From positions 3,968,001 through 4,032,000 of the forward strand of contig JBLDXI010000007.1 of the NCBI GenBank assembly GCA_047495785.1: DNA of 64,000 nucleotides, in the 5' to 3' direction. This DNA comes from Lepidodermella squamata (Eukaryota; Animalia; Gastrotricha). This document shows, in pieces, positions 24,145 to 37,000 of the stretch (positions are counted from its first letter, which is position 1; the number at the start of each line of letters is the position of its first letter). The translations under genes and the position numbers were made by a program. The notes under the pieces were generated by a model. That model saw only the letters and a program-made list of their open reading frames with translations. It was not told where the DNA came from and searched no databases.

Positions 24145-27100
24145 CTACGACTGGTTGTGGTCTTTACTCAAGCTACTTCGCCGTCTTGTCATCGGAGCTT
24201 GATGAACACCAGAAAAATCGCTGTTAGGCCTCGGTAAAATAGGTTGCAGCGGTTGGGAAGCAACAGGAGGCATAGCGAAAGCAAACGCAGTCGGCCCAGG
24301 GACGTATCCCTGAAATTGAAAACCGCCCATCGCCTGCATTTGCGCGCCATTCGCCAACTGCGCTTGTTGTAAAAACGTGGAAATTGCTGTTGGGAAAAGA
24401 TTGACAGGTTGAACATTGACATAATTTAAAGGAGCTGGCGCGTAGTTCAACGGCTGGGCACTGTTCGGCGCCGTCCCTCTCGACGCCCGATTTCCTATCA
24501 CCGGAGAGGTTTGTTGTTGAGGCTGAACCTCAGGGGGTTCAGCAACCGATTTTTTCGATCTCGGCTTTGGTTTCGGCTTAGCGGCACTGTCTTCCTTTTT
24601 AGCTCGGGGTTTGGGCTCCTTCGGGGTTTTCGATACGCTGGGTCTCCGCTGCTTCTTCCCGCTGGTTTCTGTCACCATAGGCGAAGCATTTACCGCTAAA
24701 GACCAGGTCGAGGACGAGCTAGATTCCGCCGGTTGATTTTGTGGGAAATTCGTTACTTCCGGCATTAAAGGTTCGTGTTGCATGTGGGCGAGGGCGTGAG
24801 CTGTGGCGGAGAGGGTGGGTAGCAGCCGGCGAACTTTGCGGCCGGTTGAAGGGGTCGTGGCTGGGGATGGCGAGGCTTGTGGTCCGGTATCTTCTTCCAT
24901 CAACTGCAACTCCTGTTGCCGTTCTATCACTAGGAGAGTCGCAGAGGCGGGTCGAGCAGCCACCGGGGTTACAACTGCCGGAGGGGCGGTTAAGAGTGGG
25001 TGTAGGGCGACTGGTGCGAGGGGTAGAATCGCAGGTTGGGGTGGCGGAACTTCGCCCCACGAGTCCAAGACTGGACCCTCTGGTTTCTGAGGCTGGGGCG
25101 GAGGTTCGACGGGGTTTTGCACTTGAGGCGCAGGATTTAGCACGGTTACAGGGATTTCAGGCGATGGCTCAGGCTCCGGGACTTCTTTGCACACTGCCAT
25201 TTGCTGGGGTGACGGCGGGGCGGGCGTATTAGACTCGACCACCACCCTTTGCAGCCTCTCGATAAGGGCAGACGCGTCGACTCCACCGGATGCTAAATAC
25301 AGAATTAGAACAGAATTAACAGACGTACGGAGCATTGTAAAGAGGAACTCACCCAGACTCGGCTGAACTGGTTCCGGACTTGCGGCAACAACTTCAACCG
25401 ATTCATTTCGTATCCGCTTAACAGGCCCAGCTTCATCTTCTTCCATCGAACTCGACGACTCGTCGCCCTCGTCACTGCTCGACTCCTCATCACTCGGCCC
25501 AACGACTTCATTCTCCTTGTCATCACAACCCGAGAGCGCCATCATGGTCGCGTAGTCACCAGCCGCCTGCTCTAGATAGCTCTCTAACAACGCCATTCGA
25601 TGGGCGGAAGTCGGCCCGAAATGTTGTGCAATCACAGAATCGAGGGTTTGAAGCGGTTTTGCAAAAGAATCCGGCGCAACTTGGCCAGTTCTCGATTTGG
25701 TCGCAGATTTCGGTTTCGACGAAACAGCCGGAGCTGGTTCGTTGCCGCCAGCCCCGCCAGCTGCCGCTTTTTTAATGCGCCGGGCGTGCTCATCGCCAGC
25801 TAAATGCCGGTCGATATCAGCGACTGCCATGCCACACGCCTCGCAGTAGCCACGCATCGCTGAAGCGACTTGTTTCGGAACATTCCGTTTTTCCAAGCGG
25901 GGGCCCGGTGCGATTGATGGGGCAGGGGCCGGGTCGACGAATGGCGAGCCGCCTGCTGCGGCTGTAGCTGCGCCTTGTGCCAGGCGGTCCAGGCGAAGCG
26001 AGGGCCACGTTTGGAATTCGGCGTAGAAGGGCCGGCATTCGCCGGTGACGTCGTCCAGTCGGATGAAGGCGCCGCCGAGTCGCAGGGGTGGTTTTTCTGG
26101 CGGTTGGTTCGAAGCTCGCGGACGATGACTTGCAGCAGCAGCTGTTGTCTGCTTACCCGTGATTGCCTAATAAAATCAAAATAAATAAATGAATATTCTT
26201 TCTATCGATAAATCTTCAAGATAAGGAGAAGCAAAAACTCCTCACTCATCGATTTTACATCGATCGGCCATCAATCTTGGGGCCACCAGGCTCCAAATAT
26301 TAATGCTTTTATTTTGGCCTACTGTGGAACAAAATTTCGGCAATTTTTTGCATGTAATACCACGCTTCTCTCGTAGTCTTGTCAACCCTGAACTCGATTG
26401 TAGGCCCCGTGGCCTGTGTTGCTGTCTACCTCCAGAAAAAAAAAGCCTTGGACCCCGATGACGTCTTGCTAGGAGCCGAACTCGCCATAGCCGACATCTA
26501 ATTGGCTTCGATTAGGGCGATGACCGAAAAAGCTACGCTGACTTGCTCGAGGAAAATGGCTTCCTCGATCGCCAAAATATCGATTCCTTGACCGCTGAAA
26601 TCTCACCGAGCGTATGATTAAGCCTCTCGTGCCTTTGAAGCACTTCCTGGGAAAGTTTCTGTAGATCCTGAATTCAAATTGGTGAGTAAAATAAAATAGT
26701 AGAGCATCGATCAGAGCTCAGACCGCCAAATTTCTTCCCCATCAACGTACTGGTTCCATCAAATCAATGATTGAAGACTTCACTAAAATGGAAGCAACTA
26801 AAGTGGCGTAGGGTTAACTAAGTCGCCAATCGGCGAGGCTTCTTGGAAACCAATCGACACGTGGCCCATTTTTTCTAAAACACGAGTAGGGTAAAGTGAC
26901 CTAATGTGTCATAATTTCGCTTACTTTTTTTCGAGGCCCGATATCTACTCACCTGAGGGGTCCCGGCCCGATTTTTTTTGACAGGGACCTCAGTTAGGGT
27001 CTTGGCTTCGATAATCCGTCGAAAAAATTCGACCCCGATGCCTATTGTGAGTGTGGCAGCAGGTGTTGTGACGCAAGAGACCGGTTATGACAAATTAGGA

Positions 27101-29984
27101 GCCGGCGCCTATTTCGTCATAATTTTTCGACCAACGGTCCTAATTGTCATAATGGGGTCTAGAGTTATTTTTTTGACCTGCCGTTATAGGAGTAGGTAAA
27201 TCGAGGCCGGCGGATTCGATTCTGATGTTCAAACAGTACCATCATCTGTAAAAATTTGAGTTTTTGCCAAATCCGTATCTTGGTCTAGTTTTTATTTCAA
27301 ATTTCCCATCTTTCTTGCTGTGCTCATGCCAGTAGCCATGTCAATGTCCGGGTACTGAACCAGATGGGTTTTAGCTCTAGCTGTATATCCGAATAATGCC
27401 CAAATATTAATTTTTCTAGGGGCCCAATGGTGGCTCGTATGGGCGGCTGCATCTATGCCTTTAATTGCCAAAATTTGTTTCCTTTTGGAATTTCCAGCCG
27501 AGTTTTTGTCATTCTTAAATCATCTTAAGGCCATCTAAAGCTCATATATCCCTCCTACTATAGTTTGATGAGCCCATTAACGAACTTCTGGGACCAATTC
27601 AAGGCTAATATTGAAGTATCAGATCTGGTAAGATTGATTAGATGTGAGAATGAATGGCAAACTGGGTTTTAGTTCGTCTGAGTATAATCGATAAGTCTAC
27701 GGAAATATTGCCAAATCTTATTGGTTGGCTCCTCTACCATGGTAAGCTGATGCCATCCGTCATCAAAATTTACGTTAAGATCGAGGCAGAATCGAAAAAT
27801 TTGGATCTTAGTGCACTCGGTAGGTATAGTTTATTTGCGGTTTCACTAGTTTCGAGATAGCGCCATAGGGTCATTTCCGAACAATACCAACTTGACATGG
27901 TCGGCCTCTGCTAGCCAGGGATGCCCCAAAGAATTCCTGATACCGAATTAAGCTGTTCGAGATCGAAATTAGGCATATTAGATGACCTATTTAGCCTTAA
28001 TTAGTGTTAGGAAACTAGGCCAAGGCCATTCGGCATGTACAGCATGCATAGGAGCCTATTTTCATGACAGCTAAACAGAAATTGCACTCTAACCAGAGCA
28101 TTTTAGTTGAAGGGTCACCACATTACTACGAATTGGAAGAAATTTCCTAAAAATTGTGCTTCTGACAGGGAAAAAGCAGTGAAATTTGGATTAAAAACAA
28201 CATAGAGCATTTAGTGGTCGCAAAATCTTGACAACAGTTAATTTTTGAATGATTTGAACATCAGAATCGAATCCGCCGGCCTCGATTTACCTACTCCTAT
28301 AACGGCAGGTCAAAAAAATAACTCTAGACCCCATTATGACAATTAGGACCGTTGGTCGAAAAATTATGACGAAATAGGCGCCGGCTCCTAATTTGTCATA
28401 ACCGGTCTCTTGCGTCACAACACCTGCTGCCACACTCACAATAGGCATCGGGGTCGAATTTTTTCGACGGATTATCGAAGCCAAGACCCTAACTGAGGTC
28501 CCTGTCAAAACAAATCGGGCCGGGACCCCTCAGGTGAGTAGATATCGGGCCTCGAAAAAAAGTAAGCGAAATTATGACACATTAGGTCACTTTACCCTAC
28601 ATATTGCTACAAACAACTTTTCCGGCATAGTTCTCGAATGCGAATGTTCGACGAATGCGCATGAAGATCGAAGAGAACCTTTGCTGGGATCATGGTAACA
28701 AATTTACCGACATTCTAGGGACCAGCAACGCTTTACTCGCATAACAAAGGAATGTAATGAATGGTTTACTTGATTGATGAAGTAAAATATTGATTTCTAG
28801 AAGACATTTCCTGTTTTTCCGCGATTTCCTCTGATTTTAAACAAATTCCGAGCGTTTTTGTCAGCACTACTCCCCAAAAAAATGGTCCGCCAACGCGCCA
28901 TTTTTCAGATTTTGTACCTCTGGTGTTATCCAAGGTCGATAAAAAATGTTAATAAAAGCATCTGCATACCATAGATTGGCGTGATGCTCGCTGTCCAGCG
29001 GTGACAGCAGCCGGCGCCAAGAGATCAGGCCCGCCAGCTGACGAAGACAGAGTGCCAGCGAGGCGTAGATTTCGCCGCAGCCACGCGTCCACCGTCGCCA
29101 ATCGATACACGCCCGTTCGCAGTTCGAGCGCTTTCTTAACCAGCTGGTTAGTGCCAGCGTAGTCCGGGCCAACGCATGGTAACAGGGCCGGATCGGCTGG
29201 CGGAGCGTCCATGCAACACGCTCGGTCAGTCACCACGTAGTGCACGTTACATGAGAAGAAATCGTCCACAACCTGAAACAACATTTCACATAAGTATTAG
29301 TATTTACTATTCATAAAAAGGGAACGCCAAATAGGATACCTATATTAACGCCTTGAAAATGTGGGAAATCGCAAATAATCGGAAAAATTTAGTGCCGTAA
29401 TGCGCTGGAACCCCAGTTTTAGTGGTGCATTTAGAACCTTTTGAAAGTTTACTGTTTTCAAAGCTTTACATTTCGAAGTTTCAAAATAATTTCCCATGGT
29501 GACCGGAGCACAGAACGGTAACTATAGCAGCTCTGAGTCATGTAAAACATAAAGCGCGTAAACAAGTTTCAAGAGGTTTCCAGCCCGGATGAGGCTCATT
29601 AGAGTTGGAAAAGAACGGAAAGAGCAAAATTCTCCATTCATCCCAATTTAGCAACAATTTAATGGCAATTTTGCATGTATGGCATTCATCGCAGGATAAT
29701 CAATTTTCCGTAATTATTTGGGTTTCCATGATATCCATTTCCCATTTTTCGTCACTGGGAAATCCTTCGATTGCGAAATAACGCCATTTTACGCTGTAGA
29801 TACTTCAAATATTTCCAGGACTTACAGCGCCCTGCCGGCGTAAATGCTTGCGGACAAAGGCAACCTGGGGCCGGCCCGGGTCCCCGGTGCCAATATCGAG
29901 GAACACCGTCTTCCCGGCTAAACACGCCAAAGACGCGGCTAACAACGGCGGCGGCGGATCTCGGCCAGCAGCAGTTGTCGTCAT
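24145..29984 (-). CDS. DBF4: DBF4/ASK/chiffon, activator of CDC7. Exons about 29984-29826, 29272-28970, 26166-25353, 25282-24145
   Basis: Motif N/BRCT-like (LAGKTVFLDI, FFSCNVHYVVTDR), motif M (FIRLDDVTGECRPFY..F..WP..SPF) and motif C zinc finger (GYCEAC...H....H). The second intron splices phase 0 to phase 0. Confidence 0.85.
26220..26880 (-). pseudogene. Decayed coding-like fragment inside the DBF4 intron
   Basis: Exon-like stretch after a TTCAG acceptor reading DLQKLSQEVLQRHERLNHTLGEISAVKE, followed by frameshifts and stops. It is not needed for the DBF4 frame. Confidence 0.3.
26889..28597. mobile_element. Non-autonomous DNA transposon with about 345-bp near-perfect TIRs, TA flanks, in the DBF4 intron
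   Basis: 26889-27233 is the reverse complement of about 28253-28597 (hence the identical 73-aa ORFs on both strands). TA at 26887-88 and 28598-99. No transposase ORF. Confidence 0.92.
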
Positions 29985-31053
29985 TTCAGCCAAAAACACA
30001 AACGAAATTACGCAGTCGAAATACAAAATTAATCACTGCTGCTGCTATAAATATCAACAACGATCGCGATACTGTGTAGTTTTAGTTCGAAATCAGCTGC
30101 GCCGCGGCTGGGCGGATAGGCCAGAGCGGCGTCAGAGGCGGCGGCCGTGCGTCTTCAACATCGGGCGGCATCCAGTCGCAAAAGTAACACAAAAAACGCG
30201 CCTAAACAAATTCATCAAATAAGCATCAACATTTTCTCGTTTTATTCCTCCTCATCATTTCGTCTTAAAAAGACATCATCATCATTTAATAATTATAGTA
30301 ATAATAATAGCGTTGAAATAATAATAATGCGTATAAAGAAGCGAAAAAATGCACGCGACATGATTTTTTTGCGAAATTTTTGAAATTCAAGATCTGTAAC
30401 ATTCGGCTCATCATCATTATTATCATTCAGTCAGGTGGAAGAGCAGGCGTCGTAAAAATACCATTCATGATCAATTTTTTCGTCTTTAAGAAGAAAAGAG
30501 GAATTACGAAGATAAGAGCAGGCTAATGAGCAAAACCATCAATCGATGCTGCCAAGTTGTCCTAACACAAAATTTGATCGGCGAACTCTAGCGCGCGGCG
30601 GGTAACAACAACAAAAAGAAGACGAGAGAAAAGCGAAAAAAAGAAATAAATCGGGAGACTTCACGGGGCTGGACAGACTGACTTGCATAAAACACACACA
30701 TTCGATTCAAAGTAAAATTTTAAAATCGTGGCAATGCGAGAAATTTTCAATAAAAAAATCGAATTTTCTCGCAGTGCCAGGGATGTAAAAAATTTTACAA
30801 GAAAGTTTTAGCACACGCATATATTGTCACGTAGATATTGCAGGAACTAGAAAAACTACTACTAGGTAGGTATATTATCCATCAAACGGTAGAAAACGCA
30901 CACGGTACAAAAGCTAATCGATGTTTCAAACACACGGGCACAATAATACATCATCATTTCTTGTTCGCTTCCAATCGGCACAGACAATAATAATATCTCA
31001 TTCGGTTTTTTTCAATAATACTTCGATGATTTCGGCGTGTAGTAATAGAAAGA

Positions 31054-34000
31054 CTAGTTATTACTGCTGTTTAGATCAAGCCGAGGCGATGACGTTTGGC
31101 TGCTTGTCGAGTTGACTGTCGCGACGAGGGCGAGCGCCCTTGCTAGGCTCGACCGGGTGACGGCGCCCGGGGGTAGGGCGAGGGTGGCCACGCGGCCGAG
31201 CAGCAGCACGTCTACGGCTTGATCCGGGTCGGGGTCTGCGTCGACCGACCACGCGAGTCTCGCCTCGGCGAGGCACTCGAGGGTGAGGGCGAGTTCAGCT
31301 GCCAGACTCAGAGCTGCCAGTGCGTTCGAAGCGGCGACGATGACGACGCCGGGCTGCCGCGCGTCCAGGGTGGACGCTTCGCAGTTGAGCAGCGCGTTCA
31401 GCAGGGCGGGTGAGAAGAGGCGGGCGGGCGCGGACGGCGGCCACGAGGTGACTGGGGTAATCGAGGTCTGCAACTGCTCGGCTAGATCGTCGTTGGCTGT
31501 GAACAGCACAACGTGGGGTGGTCTCATGCCTAAATAAAAATAATTGTAAAATGTCTCAGTTTGAAGTGAAAAGAATCGGCGAATATTGAAAGGAAAAATC
31601 AAGATTTTCTGCAATTTTTTCAAATGTACGATTACACGAGAGGCCAACGAAATTTACCAAGATAAACCCGAAAAAAATGTTACATTGTTACACCAAATTT
31701 CAACCGAATTCAAGCATGAAAATTGCCAATGGGAATAAAAATCGGAATATCTGTTTCCGGAACCAAATTTGCATTTTGTGGAATCCAGAGTCAATTTTTT
31801 AATAATTCTAAAATTTTAAGTTATTTCAGGCAACTAGAAAGTTACAAACTTTGGTTACGCTAACAGGCAATCTGCTTTTGCTACAGCAAATTAGGTTCCG
31901 CTCACCGTAAATTTGGTAAATATTTGGAATTTGGTCAAACCGACTGAAAACCGAAAATTATTAAACTCTATACAATTAGTATTTCCCGGGTTTCTCCAGA
32001 AAATTTGCAATTTATCCGAGATATCGCGGGTAAAATATGGATAAAATGTTTGGTAAGATTAATTTAAAAAAAAATTTCTGCAAAAAATTACAAAATTAGA
32101 GTGATTTTGCAACTCGTGGGCCAACCAATTATGTTCAGTTACTCATGATTTTTCTTTTTACCTGGAACAGGCGACCCCCCAGGTGTAGGACTGGTCGGCG
32201 TCCACATGCGCAGCCTCAGCGACAAAAACGCCACATCCCGATTCGTCACAATCGCAATTTGCCGCGCATGCAGCGGCCCGGGTAGGTAGAAAACCGCCGG
32301 CGACGCGTCGTCGGGGTCTTCGGGCGGCGACGGCACGCGCGACGTCGCCCAGTCCAGCATCGGGTCGGCCGCCGCTCGCAGCCACGCCGCCAGCCGCGTC
32401 GGCTCGGTCGGCACAAACTGATCGCCAACCTCCTGCGCCCGAACCGCCTCGTACAGCGCGAGGTAGATGAAACGAAATTGCTCTGGTGTCTGCACCAAAT
32501 TCGCTCGACACCGCCGCATAGCTACCAAACAACCGGCCGGGTCTAACGCAGCTCGAACTGCTAATTTTTCCAGCTCATTCGCCAGGACCATGAAAACGCC
32601 AGATCTGCCAATTCCAGCCGAACAATGAACGACTAGCGGCGAGTCATTCACCGCTCCATTCGCGGCTAGAACTCGTTGGGTGAATCTGAGGAGGGGCAAT
32701 GCGGCTGTTGGGACGCCGTGATCCGGCCAGTCGGAGAATTGGAAGTGCATGACTAGCCGCGCCTCCGAGTCCGGGTCGTCGAGTCGCGACAGTTCGAACA
32801 CGCGTTCGACCCAGAATGCGCGTTGTCGCTGCCGCATTAGGACGACGCGGTGGCCGCGGTAGACGGCGGCTTGCGCGACGGCTCGCGGCCAGTAGGGCGC
32901 GCATTTTCGAATGGATTCGGCCGCTGGTTCGACTAGGTCGGTTAGCATGACGATTTTCGAGACGTTTCGCTCGTAGACCAGGGCCCAAAAGTCGCCCAGG
33001 GTGTTGGGCAGCGGGCCTTGGCAGGCGACGAAAAGCAGTGGGGCGCCATCGCCGGACGACACGAAATTCGCGTTTACATAGTCGGCCTCAGGATCTGAAA
33101 ATTGGAAATTCAAAATTTAATTTCTGAAAATTCGAAAAATAATTCAAAGTTCAAGTATGACAATTTGTAACTCATTAATAACTTATAATTTTGGCCGAAT
33201 CGGAGTGAATTTAAATTTAAATTTGAGCATCCCAACAATAAATTTCTACGATTACGAATGTGTCCTTCAACACTGGGATTATTTGTTTCAACTGAGGTAC
33301 TTATACGGAAGCATTTGCCATTCATTTAGATCCTTAGCCGTATACAACTTCGGCGATTTCAAGTGGATATCTCTCGCATTCAAGTTGCCATGACGCCTCG
33401 TAGCTTCATGATAAGGGTGGAGAGGGCCTTGACCCTCTGCAATTTAGCTTCGTTGAAATGAAAGGTGCGGAACAGCCAATTCTAATCGTCACAGCAAAAT
33501 TGGCGAAAGCAAAGGAACCTTTAGTACTGACCTTCGTTTATCTCACGAAAGCTTTCGATACAGTGAGACGTGAGGTTCTATAGGACGAGTTACTGGCGAA
33601 AGCCTAAGTTGTTGAATTTGCTGGTCAAAGCTTTGTGATTCTTGATGAAAGTGACGAGATGAAGAGAGGTGATAAAAAATAAACAAGTGTGTCTTGATGA
33701 TTTCCTCGTCTTGTTTATCTCACGAAAGCTTTCGATACAGTGAGCCGTGAGGTTCTATATGACGCCTTGAGAGTATGTGAACATCTGATTGAAATGGTAC
33801 GAGATACACTCATCACCAATGGGTTATCTGAAAGATTCTGACCTGAACTTTGAAGTTCAGCGAGGAGTAAGACAAGGTTGCGCTTTGGGTCCAACACTGT
33901 TCATGTCTTTCACTATCTTTCACTGTCTTTCTGCTACGAAATCTTTTCAAAAAATGTGATAGCACACGTAGCATATGCAGACGATTTATGTATCATCACG

Positions 34001-37000
34001 AAATCTGTGGCTTGTTGACGATCAGGGGTTTGTTGCGCATGCGATTGCTCGCACAACAATTGCGATTGCGTTTGCCAAGCCTGAGCGGAAACAAGCAGAC
34101 GAAGCGCGCTAAGCCGTTTGGGCCCGCCTATATTCGATCTATCTGAACAGCGCATTAGCGTCTGGGAAAGGTGAGGCCCTTTCAGTGGCTGTCCGATTTC
34201 CCTTGACGTTAAAACGGGTTTGAAATTATTTTCTTTATAATGATGAGTGAACAGCATGTTAATTTCACCTCAGATACAAGCGGAGCCGCCGATGCAACAC
34301 ATGGTTACACCTTTTTTTAATATTAGTTTCACTATTTAATGTCATTCAGGAAGGTGTGAATACAGAATTGGGGAGAGGGGGAAATCTTCTTCTCCGTTGA
34401 CTGCCCACCTAATGGAGGGAATCTCGCATTAGATTTGGATCTACCCGCCGAAGAGACTCGTCTTCGCTGAACCATCAATTTTTAATCAGCGATTACTCCT
34501 TTTTCTCCGTTGGTATCGCACGTGAGTTATTTTTCAACATCTTCGCGAATTTGACAGTTGAATAGCTTACGAAATCAGGAACGAGTCTAAATAAATTTAA
34601 GCCATTTGCATTCGCTTCCGCTACCGTCAAATCTAAACATCTCTCTCATGATTGCACCAGTCCCTTCTTCAAATACATTAATTCTTTAAAACTTCCCCTG
34701 TTTGCTTAGATTTGGCTAAAATGGCTAAATTAATTCCGTCGCGAAAATAATTCATCATCTTCTGGTGATGTTACTACGCTACTGACACTGCGCGAGAAAA
34801 TCGCGTTAGGCTCTCACCAGCACTTTTTCGCTTGCCTATCGGGACGGCGACGACGACTTCCTCAAAACAGAAGAGTCTGAGCTGGCCGACGCCATCAACG
34901 GAGCTACGAATAACCGTTGGCCCACCCGTCCCGGCTGCTATTGACATGACTATGGTCGATATCAGCACAACAAGATTTCTCAAACCTACACTCAAATCGC
35001 CATGTCGAGTATCTTTTGCGTCTACGGTTAGCTCAGTGGTGACGCCCGGCTCCGCGGCGACGTCAAGCTCTCCTCAACCGCTTCCCAGGGAATACCAAGA
35101 TTTGTTGGCGGCCCTGCTGGCCCGCGCCCCTTGCCAGCAGCCACTCTGACGAACCTCCATCGGCAACGCTCAAAAAACTTGGTTGACTCAAAAAATTGAA
35201 CTTTTCAAACCAACTTACTACATTTTTCTAGTCATTATTGCTCATTTTTTCGTAGATTAAAATTCTTAGTTTCTAAATTCATATTAATTTTTCAATTGCG
35301 ATCCAAGCTTACTTTGTGCTAAAAGTGGCACTCTGCTGTGATCGTAGGGCAGCACGTTCGAATAGCGGTTCTTCGTCAGATTGCACTGCATTTCAGCGAT
35401 GCGCGTCGCAAAGCCGCCTTTCCGCGCTTCCGACGTCGCTGTCGCGCATACAGCCGCAAATTCGTGGGCGAAATCGCCGAAACTCGCGGCTGCAACGCGG
35501 TAACAGAACATGGAACCAGCTAACGGGCCATCGCCACCTGTTGACAGAGGTCGTTTTGTCACTAGCGCGGGTCGACTCGCGGTTGCTGGGGTCGTATTCG
35601 AGCCGAGAAGTTGCAGAGCTTGAGATGAGGCAGTAGAATCAGCATGCCGCTAAATTCCCGAAAAAACAGTCCGAATTAGCAAAATTGAACAATTCAGCAG
35701 CATAAAACGAGAAAAATCCAAATAAAATGATAAAACGCACGCCAAAATAAAAAACCACAACTACAAAATTTTAAAACTTCTAATACCTCAAATTCTTTGG
35801 AATACATGATTGCATAATTCTTCGAGACAAATTCGAAAAAAATTGTAAAAGAGCACAATTGAATGTCTTTTCAAGAGAATGGCCTTCAACCATGAACAGT
35901 TGATAATTTATGAAAACATTGGAAAAAATCGTAAAATATTTCGATAATTTTTTTCAAGCCGAAAAACATCGGCAAAAGGAGAAAATTAATAAAACCAAAA
36001 ACGAGAAAGTACTCAATTTTTCAAATATTTTGGAATAAATTCAGATTTATTAGGAATGTCAATATTCTTACATGTCTGCGATTTTTCTTCTCCGGCGGAC
36101 AGCAGCAGCAGTTTTTGCGTTGTCTGCGAAAGTAGAGCGCCGCAATGACGACGACAACAGCTCCAAGCAGGCCCAGTGCGACAATAACCGAGGCTAGGGT
36201 CGCCGTGAGCGCCGGTGAGCGATCAGATCCAGTGAGGGGCGCATCGTCGTCGAGGAAGGTGCGGCTCGACGGCAGGGCAAAGGCAATGTTTTCGCGAGTT
36301 GAGCAGGGCCCGACCGAGCCGGCGAAGGAAGCATTGATGCGTGAGCGGGTGAGCGGGCATGCGGCCAGGCGGCACCGGCCCGGCGGCAGCGCGCGGTCGC
36401 GGGCCACGTCCATCTCGAAGTACAGCGTTTCAGCGACTGTTATTATGCCAGCGATAGGGCGAGGTCTCAGCGAGGCAAGATCATGGCGACCTACAATCGA
36501 AAAATATTATTGTTTGAAAAATCGGATTTTCAGAAATTTAGGACTATTAAAGGCCTCTGAATTTCATTCTTTCATCACTATACTGATGTGTCTAGTTTAA
36601 GCAGATCCTCAAATATGGAAATTTTCATATACTTTACTGCGCATTTTTTGGACCATCCATCAGACCTTTCCCTTAATTTTTAGGCAAAGCGGATTTCAAA
36701 CACCATCCGTTCATTCTGCAAGATGATATCATTTCTAATATTTTCTTTCCGCATTTTGAACGGCCTAAATCTACAAGATCGTAGTCACCGGCGAAGGCAA
36801 TGTGAGCAAATTCGATCTAGATTCGAGGTATATGAACCGCCCCTAACAACAACAGATGAGCGGCAAAATTGCGCTCGAAAAATTAGAAGTCTCAGTCTAA
36901 CCTCCGTAACTAAGTATCCCCGCAACGAGTCAAAATTGGTTTCCTCAAACGAGAAAATAACTCTCTAGGCAACATCGCCAAAATCAAGGCTGGAAATTCT

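Noticed and set aside
26978-28508. Two identical 73-aa ORFs on opposite strands
   Set aside because: They are an artefact of the terminal inverted repeats, start at TTG and have no protein motifs.
34770-35150. Ser/Thr/Pro-rich ORF in a phosphatase-gene intron
   Set aside because: No recognisable domain, non-ATG start and no clear splice context.
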